From: Octopus vulgaris
Taxonomy: Eukaryota
Assembly: GCA_951406725.2 (NCBI GenBank)
Contig: OX597818.1
Location: 144,894,001-144,958,000 of the forward strand
Direction of reading: 5' to 3'
Length of the DNA: 64,000 nt
The notes beneath the pieces are model-generated. The model worked only from the letters and a program-made list of their open reading frames with translations, was not told the DNA's origin and ran no database searches. The translations under genes were made by a program, and so were the position numbers. Of the stretch, positions 49,903 to 64,000 are shown piece by piece; positions within the stretch are counted from its first letter, which is position 1; each line of letters starts with the position of its first letter.

Positions 49903-50906
49903 CAAGATAATAAGCATGTCTTATCGGACTAAGTAGTTCAAACAGTTAAATGAATCAGAGCCACCCATCGGCTATCATCATTAAATGTTAAGTGTGATTG
50001 CATTTTTAGATTGATTGATGTGTCAGATCCAGTCGACAATAATCTCGTCAAAAAGAAGTTACTACAAGAATGATCGAAGTACAGAGGTTTGGTAACTGAA
50101 ATGTCATTAAAATAACGAAGTTATTAATAATTGTTATTACCATTCTTCGTTTTTGTTTCACTCTTATGGACTGTGGCTATGCTGGAGCAACACTGTCTAA
50201 ATGTCTGAGACGAGTTATTGCTACAAAAATGAAAATTTTAATCGAGGCTGGAGAGCTTTCTTTATATTTGAAGTCCACATTGAATTTAATTAAATGTCAT
50301 GTAACAAAATATTTCAGAAATAAATTATGGTAAATATTAGAGCACTAAATAACAATATAAAGACGAAAATACTCTATAAATTTCCAAAACATCACACCTC
50401 CATAATTAAGAAGGACTTTCAACAGGTTTGGACAAAGTTGATCATCGAACTCCATGCAAATATAATTATTATCAAACAATATCATCTAATATTTTAATTT
50501 TGTGTTTCGTAAATTAGACGACTGGCTAAAAGCAGATAGATTTTGATGTATGAGAATTTTCAGTCCTGGCTCTGGCCATACATCAAATTAACTACAACAC
50601 CAGGTAAACAACACATTTGTGTATTTTTTAAATGCAAAATCTAGACAGACATTTTCTCGAAGCCTGCATATTTGCCTTAATCCAAGTGATTAGCAAAACG
50701 TTAACGAGGAAGCGTTTATAAGGTTGTCTGATCTGCTAGAAATAGCGCACAGGTCTCTCTGGGGAAAAAAACGAAATGAAAGATCGAAATCGGGTTTTGC
50801 ATACCCTACCTGCTTAAAAACGGTGGAACAATTGTATAATATGGGTCTAGCTGTTTTGTTTTTGTGTTTGTCTTGCAAGGATTTTGATGTGAAATCGTGT
50901 GTTTAA

Positions 50907-53542
50907 CTCTTTCGTGCTGGGTGGTACAAATTAAGTACCTCTTATTTCTATCAGTTTAATTAGTGGCGATACATAATTCGTAACGAAATTTAAAATTCTA
51001 TTCGCTGCATGGTCGGTAGTTCAGAAAATGTACCACTTCACCTCTCAGCCAATCAGAAGCTACTCTTACATCTGGCAACAATTTCTGCGACACAAACAGA
51101 ATATTTTTTTGAGTTGAAGCCATTTTGTACCAAAGGTCAATCGACGAAAAGTACAAATTTTAGTTATAAATTTGTTTATTGAAGTGAAGGTGAGAAGATT
51201 TAAAAAAATATTTTGCTTATTAAATGTTTTCTGCGTAATTATAGGTAAATTATTAAAATTTGAACGTTTATATTTAAATTGGCGGTACATTTTTAGAACT
51301 ACTGAGCAGCCAAATAAACACGTGTTCGTGCAATGAACAGTTGATTTTGCATTGTAAAATGAATATGTATTTTTTAATACTTTTTACATTATAGACATTT
51401 GTATGAAATTGATGTTTGAAAATTTAACTTAGTTAATACGAAATTAGAAGTAATTGAAAAATGTAATTTGATATACCTGTATTTTCATTTGAAGTACCTA
51501 TCTACATAGCAATGTTGTTACTATTTTTCAAGGTGTGAGTCCTGTACCTAGACAATATATATATATTTTAAAGATTTATAAATTCCTTATAACATTGTGA
51601 AGTGACAACTATTAATATTTGCTGATTTTACCCTTACAAAATGTCTCTCCACCGAGATCCATATCTCAAAAACGGAGATTGAGGAAATTTTGTTTGCAGA
51701 TGTTCCTTCAGATAATGAATCAATTTGTGATGCTGATGACTCAGATGATGCTTTGGCAGAACAAAATAATGTTCAGGAGGAAGAAACAGCAAATATAGAG
51801 TTTGAGGATTTATCAGAAACTGATTCAGATGATGTTCCATTAACCTCATTGCTGGTAATAAAAATCCAAAATTGGCTCAGGTATTGCACAACCAACAACT
51901 GTTTTTACTAAACCACGTCGTCTTGCAAAAGATATCCAGCAGATGCAAGAGCCCATACTTTACGTCAGTTGTTCACTGATGACATAATAGAGCATATTGT
52001 TTCTCATACTAATTTGTATGCTGTTCATTCAGGCAAAAATTTGGTTCCTATTACTGCCAAAGAAATAAAAACTTTTTTGGCAATTCATTCAATGTTGGGA
52101 GTACAGCGTTTGCCCAGTTAGAGATTAATGGAGTACAGATCCAAAGCTAAATGATCCTTTTATAAGCAGACTAATTCCATTAAAAAAATTCGATTGGTTA
52201 TCATCACATGTTCATTTAAATGACAATTTTCTTATGCCAGGAAGGGCCTCTCCTAACTTAGTTAAATTGTACAAAGTCAGACCATATCATGAAGTGATCA
52301 TAATTAATTTTAAAAAATGCTATTGTGCAAATGATATAGTTGCAGTGGGTGGATCAATGGTAAAATTTAAGGGTAGGAATAGTCTAAAGCAATATAACCC
52401 CATCAAAACAATAATAGGGGTTACAAAATCTGGGTACTGGCTGATAAGTCAAAGTATTTTATTGATGGTGAAATTTATACAGGTAAAAACACTGGTAAAG
52501 TTACAAGAGACTTTGAAGGGAATGTAGTTAGAAAACTAACAAGTCAACTACAAAGAGGAAACCATAATGTTTTTTGACAACTATTTTACTAGTTATGACC
52601 TAGTTAAATATTTGAAAGGAGGTCAATTATTTGCATGTGGCCCTGTAAATAAGAAAAGGGTGAACTTTTCTCAATCTTATAAGAATGACAAAGACTTGGA
52701 AAGAGGTGAACATGACTGGTTTATTTCTGACGATGGAATCTCGGCTGTGAAATGGAAAGATAAGAGAGTGGTATATGTTACTTCCAATTTTCCTGATCCT
52801 ACTGAAATATGCCAAGTTTTAAGGCGAGGAAAGGATGGAAGCAAGCTCCAAATAAACTGACCACTTATGATAAAGGATTACAACCTCCTACATAGGAATT
52901 CTGTTGGTAAGTTTGACCAGCTAATGAAAACCTATGAAATAGACCGTAAAAGACACAAATGGTGGCACAGAATATTTTAAAAACTTTCTTGATGCAACAA
53001 TTGTAAACGCTTTCGTACTTTAATAAGAAAGTACAGGACAGCAATATGACACTGAAAAAAATTCAGATTGGAAGTTATTAATGGCTTAGCAGCAGAATCT
53101 ATTGTGCTAAAGAAAAAGACTAAAGGGCCTTCAGTAGAAATTAAAAAGCGAAAGCCTCATGTTTCATAAAAAATTAGAAAGAGAGAGTCGGCTCATCAAC
53201 CAATAAGAGGAACTAGAAGAAGGAGTGCTTTGTGCAGTTCAAAAGCTAGACAGATCAGAACAGAGTGGAAATGTTCTATTTGCGAAGTTCCTCTGTCTTG
53301 GTAAAAAGAAGTAATGTTTCCAAGATTATCACAAATAAAGATGTACCTAGTGTTCGGAGGTACTAATTTTAGACCACCTCCACTAAGTCAAAATTATATA
53401 TATTTTTTGTAAATTCCCACTAGAAATGCCTAATTTAGTTGATAATAAAGTACAAATTTATGCGTGGTCAATATAAAGCCAATGAGTAAATTTTTGCCCT
53501 TCTAGAGTTTTTTTTGGCCTATCTATCTCGCCCCTGAAAGAC
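50907..53542 (+). mobile_element. piggyBac transposon, near full length and decayed
   Basis: TTAA|CTCTTTC left end and a degenerate GAAAGAC|TCAA right end, enclosing the transposase pseudogene. Confidence 0.75.
51641..53340 (+). pseudogene. piggyBac (PGBD-like) transposase pseudogene
   Basis: Acidic N-terminus, HTNLYA, KLYKVRP, VAVGGSMVKFKGR (DESM site mutated), FFDNYFTS, KWKDKRVV, KFDQ, KWWHRIF, and a C-terminal Cys-rich domain WKCSICEVPL..CFQDYH. Several frameshifts. Confidence 0.92.
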
Positions 53543-54427
53543 TCAAACAGATGTACCTTAGGGGTGTCATTTTCCAATTAAGATACACGCATTAGTTATT
53601 TCGTTTATTTTCACTATTGGTAGTCAACTAGTCAACTAACTAATCGATTGTTTACCAAGTTATTTAGTGAAGATAATTTCTATCGAAGTGATCCTCATAT
53701 GATTTTATCAGCCTTAGAGTGAGGAAAGAAAAGTAAGTGAGATCCACAATATAGAGAAATGACATTAAGTATAGAAAGACATCTAATTCAGTTATCAACA
53801 AAACGATGGTTTGGCTGTTTTTCTGCACTTAGTGTCATCTCTATATTGTGGGCCCAATTTCAGAGCCATTAATCGGTCCCTTGACCCACTAGAAATAGCA
53901 GCGAAATCCTCGTCAAAATATAGCCAACCATTTTAGAAAATAATACTCATTAAAATAATGTGGCGTAGTTTCATAGTTGTAAGTGCCCAAGGTGAGGAGC
54001 AAAGGCACTTTTTGTAGCGACACGATAATGAATAGGCATGATATAAACAAGAGCACACTTTACACTTACGTGTGCGTTTAGGGAGTCGCTGATTTTATCC
54101 TTCACTCTGATCCTCCTTGCTATGCCTCTAATGTGGTTCTAAATGTATTGTACAAAGCAAAAGAAAGAAAGAAAGAAGTCAAACCGTGCGTTTGTCAAAG
54201 CTAATGCAAAACCCGGTTTTGATTTTTAATTTCTTTTCTTTCCCAGGTTCGGTCAGGTGGTTGTCAGGTGGTTGGCAATTGAAAGAAAGACAATGGACAT
54301 CAGACAATCTCATTCCTCTTCCACATCACCTCACCACACCACTCGGAATCGAATTTCAGGTCTTATATTATTCTTCAGTATGAAATATCGATAACTCAAG
54401 AATTTCTTTACCTTTATCGAATTATGG

Positions 54428-54444
54428 ATCATCATCACCATCAC

Positions 54445-54527
<83 letters not shown>

Positions 54528-54543
54528 TATGCTGCTGCTGCTG

Positions 54544-54602
<59 letters not shown>
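54428..54602. repeat. Compound trinucleotide microsatellite (CAT)n(CAA)n(GCT)n(ACT)n
   Basis: Direct reading. Confidence 0.95.
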
Positions 54603-55789
54603 GAATAAATAAATGAAAGAAAAGGAAACACACGAATTTGTAATAAGAATAATAGGGTCGCTAAATTTGGTAAAATGAGAAAAAAATGTTTGTATACATA
54701 CACATACATACACATGCACAAACACGTGACTATACATACATACACACATACATACATACATACATACATACATACACATGCACAAACACGTGACTATACA
54801 TACATACACACATACATACACACATACATTCTAATGAGATAGCAATTGTTTTATCCTGAGCATTGCTGGAAAACGTTTGACAGCTCAGCGAAGGTAATGG
54901 TAGCGGTGGTTGAGGTAGTTTGGTGATGGATGTGATGGTGGTGGTGGTGGTAATGGTGGATAGTGGTTGTGGTAGTTGTAGATGTGGTGGTAGTGGTGCT
55001 CGGGGGAGTGATTGTGACTGTTGTCATGCTGGTGATGTGCTGTGGTAGTAGTGGTGGTATGTTCTGATGTTGGTGTGTTTGATGGTCGTTGCTTAGCAGT
55101 GGATCAGACCGGATCATGACAATCCTGTCTTTCTAGGAGTATATGTAGCATATTCAAGGATTAGAACCAACGTTGGAGACTCTGGTCGCTCAATCAGTTA
55201 GAAATAGTAATATGAGGACGCATTAGATGACGTAGTCCTAGATGTACTAAGCAAACCATAACCATTACTTGCAAGAGTTAAGGTTATAGTTTGGTTAAAA
55301 AAAACTTACAACATGGTGCATGTTACCAAGTGAGACATGTATCTAACTTGCTAACTATCTCACGCTTTTGCTATTTGCTTAACGTGCCAATGCAATCTCA
55401 AGTAGACATGACACCTTCTCAGCCCTCCCACTCTGAGTTAAGTGGAACACCTTGGATAATAATGGTAAGAAGGTCGCACGATCGTTCGGTTGGTACTCTT
55501 TACGGTTATGTAGACTGAAGCAACGTGAAATGAATGTGTTTTACTTAAGGACAAAATACATCGTCTACTCTATGAATCGAACCCATGGCCTTATGATCGT
55601 GAGTCCAGCATTCTAACTATTAGGCCATCTCAAAAAGAAAGACACCTGGAACGCCTATGATTATAAATGTGCTTGAAATCTATCGAGGTCAAATTTATCT
55701 TTCGTCCTTTAAGGGGTCGATAAAATAAAATACCAGTTAATCCCTTCCCCAAATTTTAGGCCTTGTGCTCATATAAGAAACACTTTTTC

Positions 55790-56010
55790 TTTTATTCTCT
55801 TACTTGTTTCAGTCATTTGGCTGTGATCGTGCTGGAGCACCGCCTTAAAGGGTTTACGTCGAAAAAATCGACTCCAGGACTTATTCTTTGTAAGCCTAGC
55901 ACTTATTCCATCGGTTTCTTTTGCTAAACTGCTAAGTTACGGGGACGTAAGCACATTAGCATCGATTGTGAAGCGATGGTGGTGGAGAGGAGACAAACAC
56001 AGACACACGT
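55790..56010 (-). mobile_element. SINE family B 3' half
   Basis: TACTTGTTTCAGTCATTTG...GCTGGAGCACCGCC...GCTAAGTTACGGGGACGTAA. Confidence 0.8.
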
Positions 56011-56023
56011 AAACACAGACACA

Positions 56024-56085
<62 letters not shown>

Positions 56086-56644
56086 TCAAATCTTACTGAG
56101 GTCAACTTTGTCTTTGTCTGGCACTTTATTTTATCAAACCCCGAAGAGGTTCCATGAAATAAAGTACCAGTCAAATACTGGGGTCAAAAAATATCAGAAT
56201 TGTTGATAACTTGACACTTTTTAATAAGCAACGATTCTCCGGAAATAGCATATCGTTAAAGAAAAGACAGCATTCAAAAAAAATGTTTCTGGAGACAAGA
56301 GTATGGTTGTGAATCCGCAGCTACATTCCTGCAATATTCTTAACATAGTTTCTCCCTTCATTCTTGCAGTAATTATTCATTATCCCAAATATATTGCCTT
56401 CAAATTCCAATGATAAATTTCCATTTCTCGCCTTTTAACATATATTACTGTTTCTTCAGGTAAGTCCTTTGAACTTTCAATTGCATTTCTTCCCGTTTCA
56501 TTATTTCTTAAACATAGGTATACACATATCACACACGAATACGAATATGAATACATAGGCACTTGCTTACATGCACACATACATAAACACATTCATACAC
56601 ACATACACAAAAACATTCATACGCACATACATATACACTTACAG

Positions 56645-56855
56645 ATACATACATACATACATACATACATACATACATACATACATGCATGAGTACATAC
56701 ATACATACATACATACATACATACATACATACATACATACATACATACATACATACATACGTACGTACATACATACATACATACATACATACATACATAC
56801 GTACATACATATATACATACATACATACATACATACATACATACATACATACACA
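56645..56855. repeat. (ATAC)n microsatellite
   Basis: Direct reading. Confidence 0.95.
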
Positions 56856-57179
56856 CAAACAGATGCATATATACATAGACCTGTAGTTCTCAGTGTCCCA
56901 TGTCACATTCCTCCCCACCGCACTTGGTGACCTCAAGTTTCCTAAATTTCTCATTTTAGTAAAAAATCTAGTAATATTTTCACCATTATAATTATAGAGT
57001 TGTAATTATTGAAACAATCCATGAAACTAAATTACTTTATTAATTGCGACCAAATGAAAGCATTTTATTTCAATAGATCATAAAAGTTCTATTTAATTTA
57101 ATGCCCAGAAGACAAAAAAACAGTTTATTGTCATCGAGAGAAAAAAGAGGGTATAGCATGTCAGGAAAGCTACTTTAGT

Positions 57180-57560
57180 TGTCGCGCCATAGCGCACTTG
57201 TGCTATAGAATCAGAGCTGGGCGCGGATGAATACTAGAAGCAGTTCTCTGCCCTTAAAGGGAAGCCCGCGTTTTAATCAGTTAGCGGATAGACGGCAGAC
57301 GAGAAACATGGAGCAGCCTCTTTGTTTTTCACACAAACTGAGCGCCGCTAGCTCTAAAATTTTAGCCGCTCTCAACTTGCTACATCGTAAATAGTCTACT
57401 TCATTTATGCCCTCTTCGCTCCGCCCACTACATCGGCCCTCTACTCTTGTCGTGTTATGAGCAGTATATTTTCGTTTATCCTAGCTCCGTTCCTATTAGC
57501 TCATAATCACTTCCAACTGAATCCACTATAAAGCTTTCTCTGACTCATGCACACATACCC
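57180..57560 (+). promoter_or_regulatory. Candidate promoter or enhancer (CpG-rich, GC box, TATA-like)
   Basis: Non-repetitive CpG-rich stretch with CCGCCC (57421), TATAAAG (~57526) and TGACTCA (57541). Confidence 0.25.
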
Positions 57561-58613
57561 AGGCTACACTCTCATTACTTGTTAGATCTGGAGATAATTT
57601 AATAAATCAAATTATTTGTTTAAAAACTCCCTTCAAAAGCTCACTCACAGGACTTTTTCACGAACACTTTCTAACTATAAATTAGTGATCACACCCACTA
57701 AAAGTGTAATAATCAAATCCTTGCAATACAAAACTTTCATTTGGTTTATTGCTCACTATGGCCTGAATGAATAGAAACTAAATTAGGATATCGAGAAACA
57801 GTTTTGCTCGAAGATCCCCATTCAAACAAAGGCTGAAATGTCTTCGTTTATTTAGACAATATATTCACACCAGTACTAAAGAGATATTTAACTATGTTGT
57901 TGGGAATAACAAAAGAGTCTACCGAGCCTGAATATAATATAACCATGAACACACCTTTCAAACCTAAATAATCGAAAAGTCCCAAAGAATTTTCGTGAGC
58001 TGTTAATTCATAATTTGTATTTCATTTGATATAGACACAGTGTACAAGGTGCATTCTTACCTAGCTTAGAGAGGCCTTTCTTGACTGGCCCAGTTTCCCT
58101 CTCAACTGGCTAAAATTCCTTTCCTTAGATTTGAAATTTCTCCTCTGGGAACTAAGTATATCGCTCCCTTTTGAAAATCGTTGCCTTAGACATGGATAAG
58201 ATTAAGAGTCATTAACAAGGAGCCAAAGGGCACTCGAAATAGACAGTGGCTCTCTCTACTGGAATCGTCAACCAAACCACAAATTACACAAATCACACTT
58301 GTCGTCTTAAAGGTTACGTTGCATAATATAGTCACTGATATACAAAGCAACATTATCTTGTCAGAAAAGAGGCACCTTTCATTAAGAATATTACATCGAC
58401 CCCAGTGCGTAACTGGTACTTATTTTATCGACCCCGAAAGGAGGAGAGGCAAAGTCATCTTCGGCGGAATTTGAACTCAGAACGTATAATAATAACAACA
58501 ACAATAATGATAATCATCCTTTCTACTAAAGACTCAAGGCCTGAAATTTGGGGGGAGGGGACTAGTCGATTACATCGATCCTAATGTTTCACTGTCCTCT
58601 TCCTTTATGTTTG

Positions 58614-58716
<103 letters not shown>

Positions 58717-60099
58717 TAGAGATATTCGGTGCCGAACACCCAGTGAATAATCTCCTGTAGTTTGCCGGGAGACAATCCAGTCTGTCTGGCATTTTGATAA
58801 ATGCGTTGGCCACCATTTCAAGGACAGCCATACATGACTTCCACTCATAACCAATAAATCAATAGGACGTACAATAGCCTTTCTCTTTGATTCTTATTCT
58901 TATATTTTATTCGCACCCCCCCCCTCCAGCTTCTCATCTCTCCAAACAAAAGCGGTATTGACAGAATAAGCTCGCCATCCATGTTGGACCTGTTAGACAT
59001 ACTGGTTTTCTTTTACAACGAACAAAGCAAAACTAGATTTTTCTAGCGTGCCAAGTCTAGTACAGCAATGGAAGCGAAGCAGCGGCAGCAGCTGCACGCC
59101 ACCACCACCACCACTGTCCTCCTCTTCCTTTTCTTCTTCTTCCTCCTCCTCCTTCGCCTCCTCTTCCTCGTCTTCATCTTCATTAACAGTTTTCATTTCA
59201 TGATGATTGAGAAATGATGATTATGATGATCATGACCATCATTAGTTTCTCCATAACTTTTAACCTCCCCTCTTCTCCTCTTCCTTCTTCTCATTATTAT
59301 TATCATCATCAACGCCATCATCATTACCATCATAATCATTATTAATTTATGCCATCAGCACAACCACCTCTGCTCATAGTGCTTCGCCTGTTCCTCCTCT
59401 GACTGCTCCTCCTCCTGCTTCTCCTGCTGTTGCTGCTGCCGCTGCTGCTCCTCCTCCTCCTCATGATAACAATAGAAGAATAGCAATGCCATTTTTTAAA
59501 ACTTCAAGAGATGCATATATTTGGAGCATTAGGTTATAACTGGTCAAATTCAACCGCAATATATTACTGGTATTTAATATGTCGATTCCAGTAGGAGGAA
59601 AAACAAAGTAGATAATAGTGATTTACAGTGATGAAGTACCAGACCAGTGTTGACACCCAGTAACTGACCGGTTGTTGTTATTTGACCCCCAGGTCAGTCC
59701 TCATCGAGTACAGGACCAGATTTAAACCATGGGCTGGGGCAGGACACTTCAAATTCAGTGGCTCCCCTCATGCACAGGAATTAAAATTTTGGAAAATTTA
59801 GCAATTTTATATCTTAAAACCCATCGCATGTAATTGTATTTGATGAGGAAACTGAGAAAGTTTAAATCAACGACTGAAAATGCCACTTTTTAGATACACT
59901 TTTCAAAATTCCAATTCACTTGCAGTGTTTGACTTTTCCCTCATTAGGTAAAGTACAATGAAGGAGAGACAAACATTGAAAAGACAATGATTCTTAAAAC
60001 ATTTGTTTTAAAAAAGCTTCCCTTCGTTATTTTGCAATGCAAAAAAAAAAAAAAAAAAGAAAAAAAAGGGAAAATCCTAACAAAATTTGCGAAATTCCA

Positions 60100-60550
60100 A
60101 CATATAAAGGACAGCTATTCCGAAAGAATTGCGTTTCTTCATCAGGTGACAACATACGGGTTCTGGTCTTCTCGTAGGTCTTCGAAACAGCAAGAACTAG
60201 TTCTGGAATGCCATATGCTTGAAAGATCTTCAATATTTTGTAACGACGGGTGCTGTCAAACCCGTTGCTGAAGTCCATGAATGTTATAATGGCAAGAAGC
60301 AGTCTTCATTTAACTCCTATGATATTCCTCAGGGCTAAGATCGGAGATGTTGTGGCTCTCCTTAGTCTAAATCCATTTTGATTTGGTCTTAGATGGCTAT
60401 CAAGCACCTGTTGAATCCTGTTGAGGATCATTCGGTTCTAGACTTTGAGTGAGATGTTGGACAATGCAATTCCTCTGTAGTTAGTTTCATTGCTAAGGTT
60501 TTCTGACTTTGGGATTGATATCCCGTTAATCTTGGACGACTGATCTAGAC
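60100..60550 (-). pseudogene. RTE/RTE-X LINE reverse transcriptase fragment
   Basis: The minus strand gives TNYRGIALSNISLKV*NRMILNRIQ...LRPNQNGFR and MDFSNGFDSTRRYKILKIFQAYGIP (RT domains 0-3). Confidence 0.85.
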
Positions 60551-62307
60551 TTTTTTGGTTCTGCAAAAAATAACCCGGTCGTTTTAATAAATATTCCAAA
60601 ACTTTGTTTTTCCTGTTTCCAGTAAGGGGTGGTGGGGCACAACATTTACTGCATTTTTGACTTTGAAAAAAATTGTTTTAATGTTCCTATCTAACAAAAG
60701 CTACACCAGCTAAGCAAATGACTTTCTCTAAATGCATTAAAAGCACTTTAACATATTCAGAACACTATTTCAGAAAATTACCTCTGTTCTCTTTGAGCAT
60801 ATAAAAGACAAATTTAGATGGGTCAAAATGAGTAAGAAAAGATAAGATAAATTTACCTCCTCATTTCTTCAGAATTACATTTGAAAAACAAACTTATACA
60901 TGTCAATATCTAGGTTAAATGAAAGGGAATCATGGAAAAATGGCATAATAGGAAATTAACGAAAAAAACTCAACATAAATTATTCTCTATAGCTTCTTCA
61001 CGATCTGCTGGAATGGATCTCTGCATAATTCTGGTTTAAGTACTCTATACTCTCATAACTTCAAAATTTTTGGAATTTTCAAAACACGCGAGGATTCATA
61101 CAACTACGAAAATTTTTTTTTTTTATTTTGAATTTTTTTTTTTTTAACTACTGACAGTCCTAAATTTTGCCTTCCATCCCAGCGTTAGGCCATTAAACGT
61201 GTTTATTGGGGAGAAAGATACTGAAAAGCATCAATGCGTCAGAGTGACAAAGAAACAAAGAGGGTATCAGGTGGTCAGGAGATGTGCTAAAAATAACAGC
61301 TAAATAGCCCTTAAATCGGACACAAAAACATTATTTTTGTTTTTTTCAAAGATGTATGAATTCCCGTGCGCAGAATACACATTCGCAAAATGTTCTGAAT
61401 ATTCCAAAAGCATTTATTCACGACGCATTTAAAGAGAAGAGACTATTGAAATTAATCGTTACTCATTTTGCCCCAGTTTAGACTTCAGTTTTTGAAAATT
61501 GAAAATTATCAAATTAGACATTAGTGTGGGGAAAAATTGACTTGGAAACCAATTTTGGAAAGAATTTGAATTGTCGAACACCCAAAGCTGTCTAGATCTT
61601 TTATTAGCAACCTCAATTGCAACTGGGTTATAAGTTAAGGGAAAATTTCTTGAAAATAAAGTACGTTACTTGACGGTTTCAAACTAGCTGAAGTACAACA
61701 ACAATGGTGGCCAATGTTTACTCCTAACGATGATGCAAGAGTACAAAATGGCGATGCAATACTTGCAATATAATACTTTCAAACAAACAGTCAGAAAATA
61801 ACAAGAAATTGATAGTAACTCATTTTGCCCCACTTCTTTGTAGTTATTTCAAGAATTTGACAAAATGGCAAAAAATAGTGAAGAAAGAAAGAGAGAAAAA
61901 CATCCGGTTTAATGAAAACATGTGAGTATAAAAGCAATAATTCTAAAGCTGAAAAAAAAAATTCATTGAGTTTTTGAGAGATGTAATTTTATATTTAAAG
62001 CTAAATTCAAAATTTAAATTTTGGAACATATTACTTATTTGCTCTTTCGTAAAATAAGACCAGTTTTCAATGCCTCACTGAAGTAATGAAGTTCACAATG
62101 ACAATACATATTTCTGCATATTTGAGTGTGTGTGTGTGTGTGTGTGCGTGTGTCTTTAATGGCCAGTGGTCAATCTAAGGTCACTGTGCTCAGGCATGCA
62201 TTGGGAGGAGGAACCTGAACTAGAGACAATAAACAACTTTCTATCAATCTCTTTTATAGATCTTTATATACATCCATACTCACTCCCTCCCTGTTACACA
62301 CACATAT

Positions 62308-62399
<92 letters not shown>

Positions 62400-63076
62400 T
62401 TTGGAGTGTCTTGCTTTTTGTCGATGTCCCAAAAGGAACTACAATTAATTCCTATGGGAATTGCGGATGCATTGGGAATGGGTGCTTTGAATGAATTGAT
62501 GTCACTAAAAAAACTGGTTATGTATAAAAAAAAAGGCCCATTACATCTTTTACGTTATGTTTGTTTATTGAAAGAGAGCCTCTGTATGCAAGATTGCTGG
62601 GAGGTGGAGGGACTCCCCGTATTGAGTGCTACATAGCAGAAGGGTCTATATCTAGTGCATGCCCGGAGAAATTGCGCTCTTCGACTCCCTATAAATTTGG
62701 CCCTGATCGAGTAGTCCTGTAACCAGGGGCATTTCATATGTGACCTATGCCTTCTTTTGTAGACAGGATGTATATAATGTGTTCGCTATTTTTTAAGACA
62801 ATGGAACGTTAGTTATCAGTTATAAACGGGTAGTAAGATCACTTAGAGCAAGGTTTCTCTACAACTTTTCATCTATGGGCTTCTTAGGTTACTATTATAT
62901 TCTGGTGGACGCCCATAGCAAGATGATGTTTAAAAACTAGTTTTATAGATACTTCTTTCAAAATTCCTAATTTGTTTTTCACACATTGACTTGTGTAGGT
63001 TGAACTATATGTTACCAACACGGATGCTTTTGTGATACAGATATGGAGACTTTATCCATGGCACCAGCACCTAATT

Positions 63077-63370
63077 AGAGCAGGCCAACTGGAGAGCAAT
63101 CCAACAGGAGAGCAGGCCAACTGGAGAGCAAGCCAACTGGAGAGCAGGTCAGCTGGAAAGCGAGCCAGTTGGAGAGCAAGCCAACTGGAGAGCAGGCCAA
63201 CTGGAGAGCAGGCCAGCTGCAGAGCAGGCCAGCCAGAGAGCAGGCCAACTAGAGAGCAGGCCAACTGGAGAGCAGGCCAACTGGAGAGCAAGCCAACTGG
63301 AGAGCAGGTCAACTGGAGAGCAGGTCAGCTGGAGAGCAGGCCAACTGGAGAGCAAGCCAGCTGGAGAGCA
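63077..63370 (+). repeat. 16-bp minisatellite (GGAGAGCAGGCCAACT), about 18 copies
   Basis: Direct reading; the period is 16. Confidence 0.93.
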
Positions 63371-63562
63371 GTCGAGGCATCCAGTCTCTAATTGCCTGTT
63401 TTGTCATAGTATGGCTGGGTGCCCTTCCTAATGCCAACCAATTTATAGAGTGTACTGGGTGACTTCTACATGGCACTGGTATGGGTGCTATGTGGTACCA
63501 GCACGGGTGCTTTTAATGTGATACAGATATGGGTATTTTTTGCATGGTACCAGCACCTAATG

Positions 63563-63678
63563 AGAGCAGGCCAGATGGAGAGCAGGCCAACTGGAGAGCA
63601 GGCCAGCTGGAGAGCAAGTCAAATGGCGTGCAGGCCAACTGGAGAGCAGGCCAAATGGAGAGCAGGCCAAATGGAGAG
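63563..63678 (+). repeat. 16-bp minisatellite, second block, about 7 copies
   Basis: Same unit, preceded by the same lead-in GTGATACAGATATGG...CCAGCACCTAAT as the first block. Confidence 0.9.
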
Positions 63679-64000
63679 TAAACCCGTTTTTTTTAATACA
63701 TACATTTAAAGCAAAGTTTTTCAGGGTCCCTTAAAATACTATTGTAGCTTCTAAACATATTATTTTGTTGCACGGACACCCAATATCTTATATGGACCAT
63801 CAGGGCCCATACGTACCTCGGTTGAGAACCACTGACTCAGAGTTTCCATCTGTGTCTTGGCTGCCAGAGAAATATATAAAATACATTGAGAGGACCAAAT
63901 CAAAGAGTAAATAACGTCCTATTTAGCTCAGTGCTTCTCAATGGCGAATATGATGATGGAATAAAAGGGACACACAAATTGCTGTGCTGAATAAAATCAA

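Larger units (their letters stand above)
62848..63834. mobile_element. hAT-like MITE interrupted by a minisatellite-bearing insertion
   Basis: The right end GGTTGAGAACCACTG is the reverse complement of CAGTGGTTCTCAACC, a Charlie-type TIR. The left end CAAGGTTTCTCTACAAC is degenerate. Confidence 0.5.

Noticed and set aside
51641-53340. Domesticated PGBD gene
   Set aside because: It has multiple frameshifts and stops, a mutated first catalytic motif, and transposon ends are still present.
58993-59480. Acidic or Gly/Ser-rich coding exon
   Set aside because: It consists of mixed trinucleotide low-complexity tracts with stops and no clear splice sites.
60620-61835. DNA transposon defined by GGGGCAAAATGAGTAA-like motifs (60819 plus; 61459 and 61815 minus)
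   Set aside because: The motifs are real, but I could not define termini, a TSD or coding remnants.
63032-63391. Repetitive protein ORF or CRISPR-like array
   Set aside because: It is a 16-bp minisatellite without spacers. The period is not a multiple of 3 and ORFs are open on both strands.

Overview
AT-rich, microsatellite-dense eukaryotic DNA with no intact host protein-coding gene that I can recognise. The repeat repertoire looks like a coleoid cephalopod (Octopus-like) genome; this is an inference from recalled SINE/LINE sequences. Most predicted ORFs are microsatellite or antisense artefacts. Supportable content: three 5'-truncated CR1-group LINE copies with (TAAC)n tails; RTE, R4/Dong-like and possibly Penelope-like LINE relics; decayed mariner, maT (DD37D) and piggyBac transposons; piggyBac, Tc1/mariner, hAT and Merlin-like MITEs, the last carrying TTAGGG arrays; and many tRNA-derived SINEs. 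The most striking signal is a set of minimal type I hammerhead ribozymes with palindromic helix III, from three unrelated sequence families. Two families occur as head-to-head fold-back insertions (32205-32663, 33102-33470, 39313-39555). One of these joins a tRNA-like Pol III head to a hammerhead tail, and another has a compensatory U3-A8 core. CpG content appears to rise near 33.4 kb, suggesting a methylated gene body on the left and a promoter/unmethylated region on the right. Coordinates were read by eye, so element ends are approximate.
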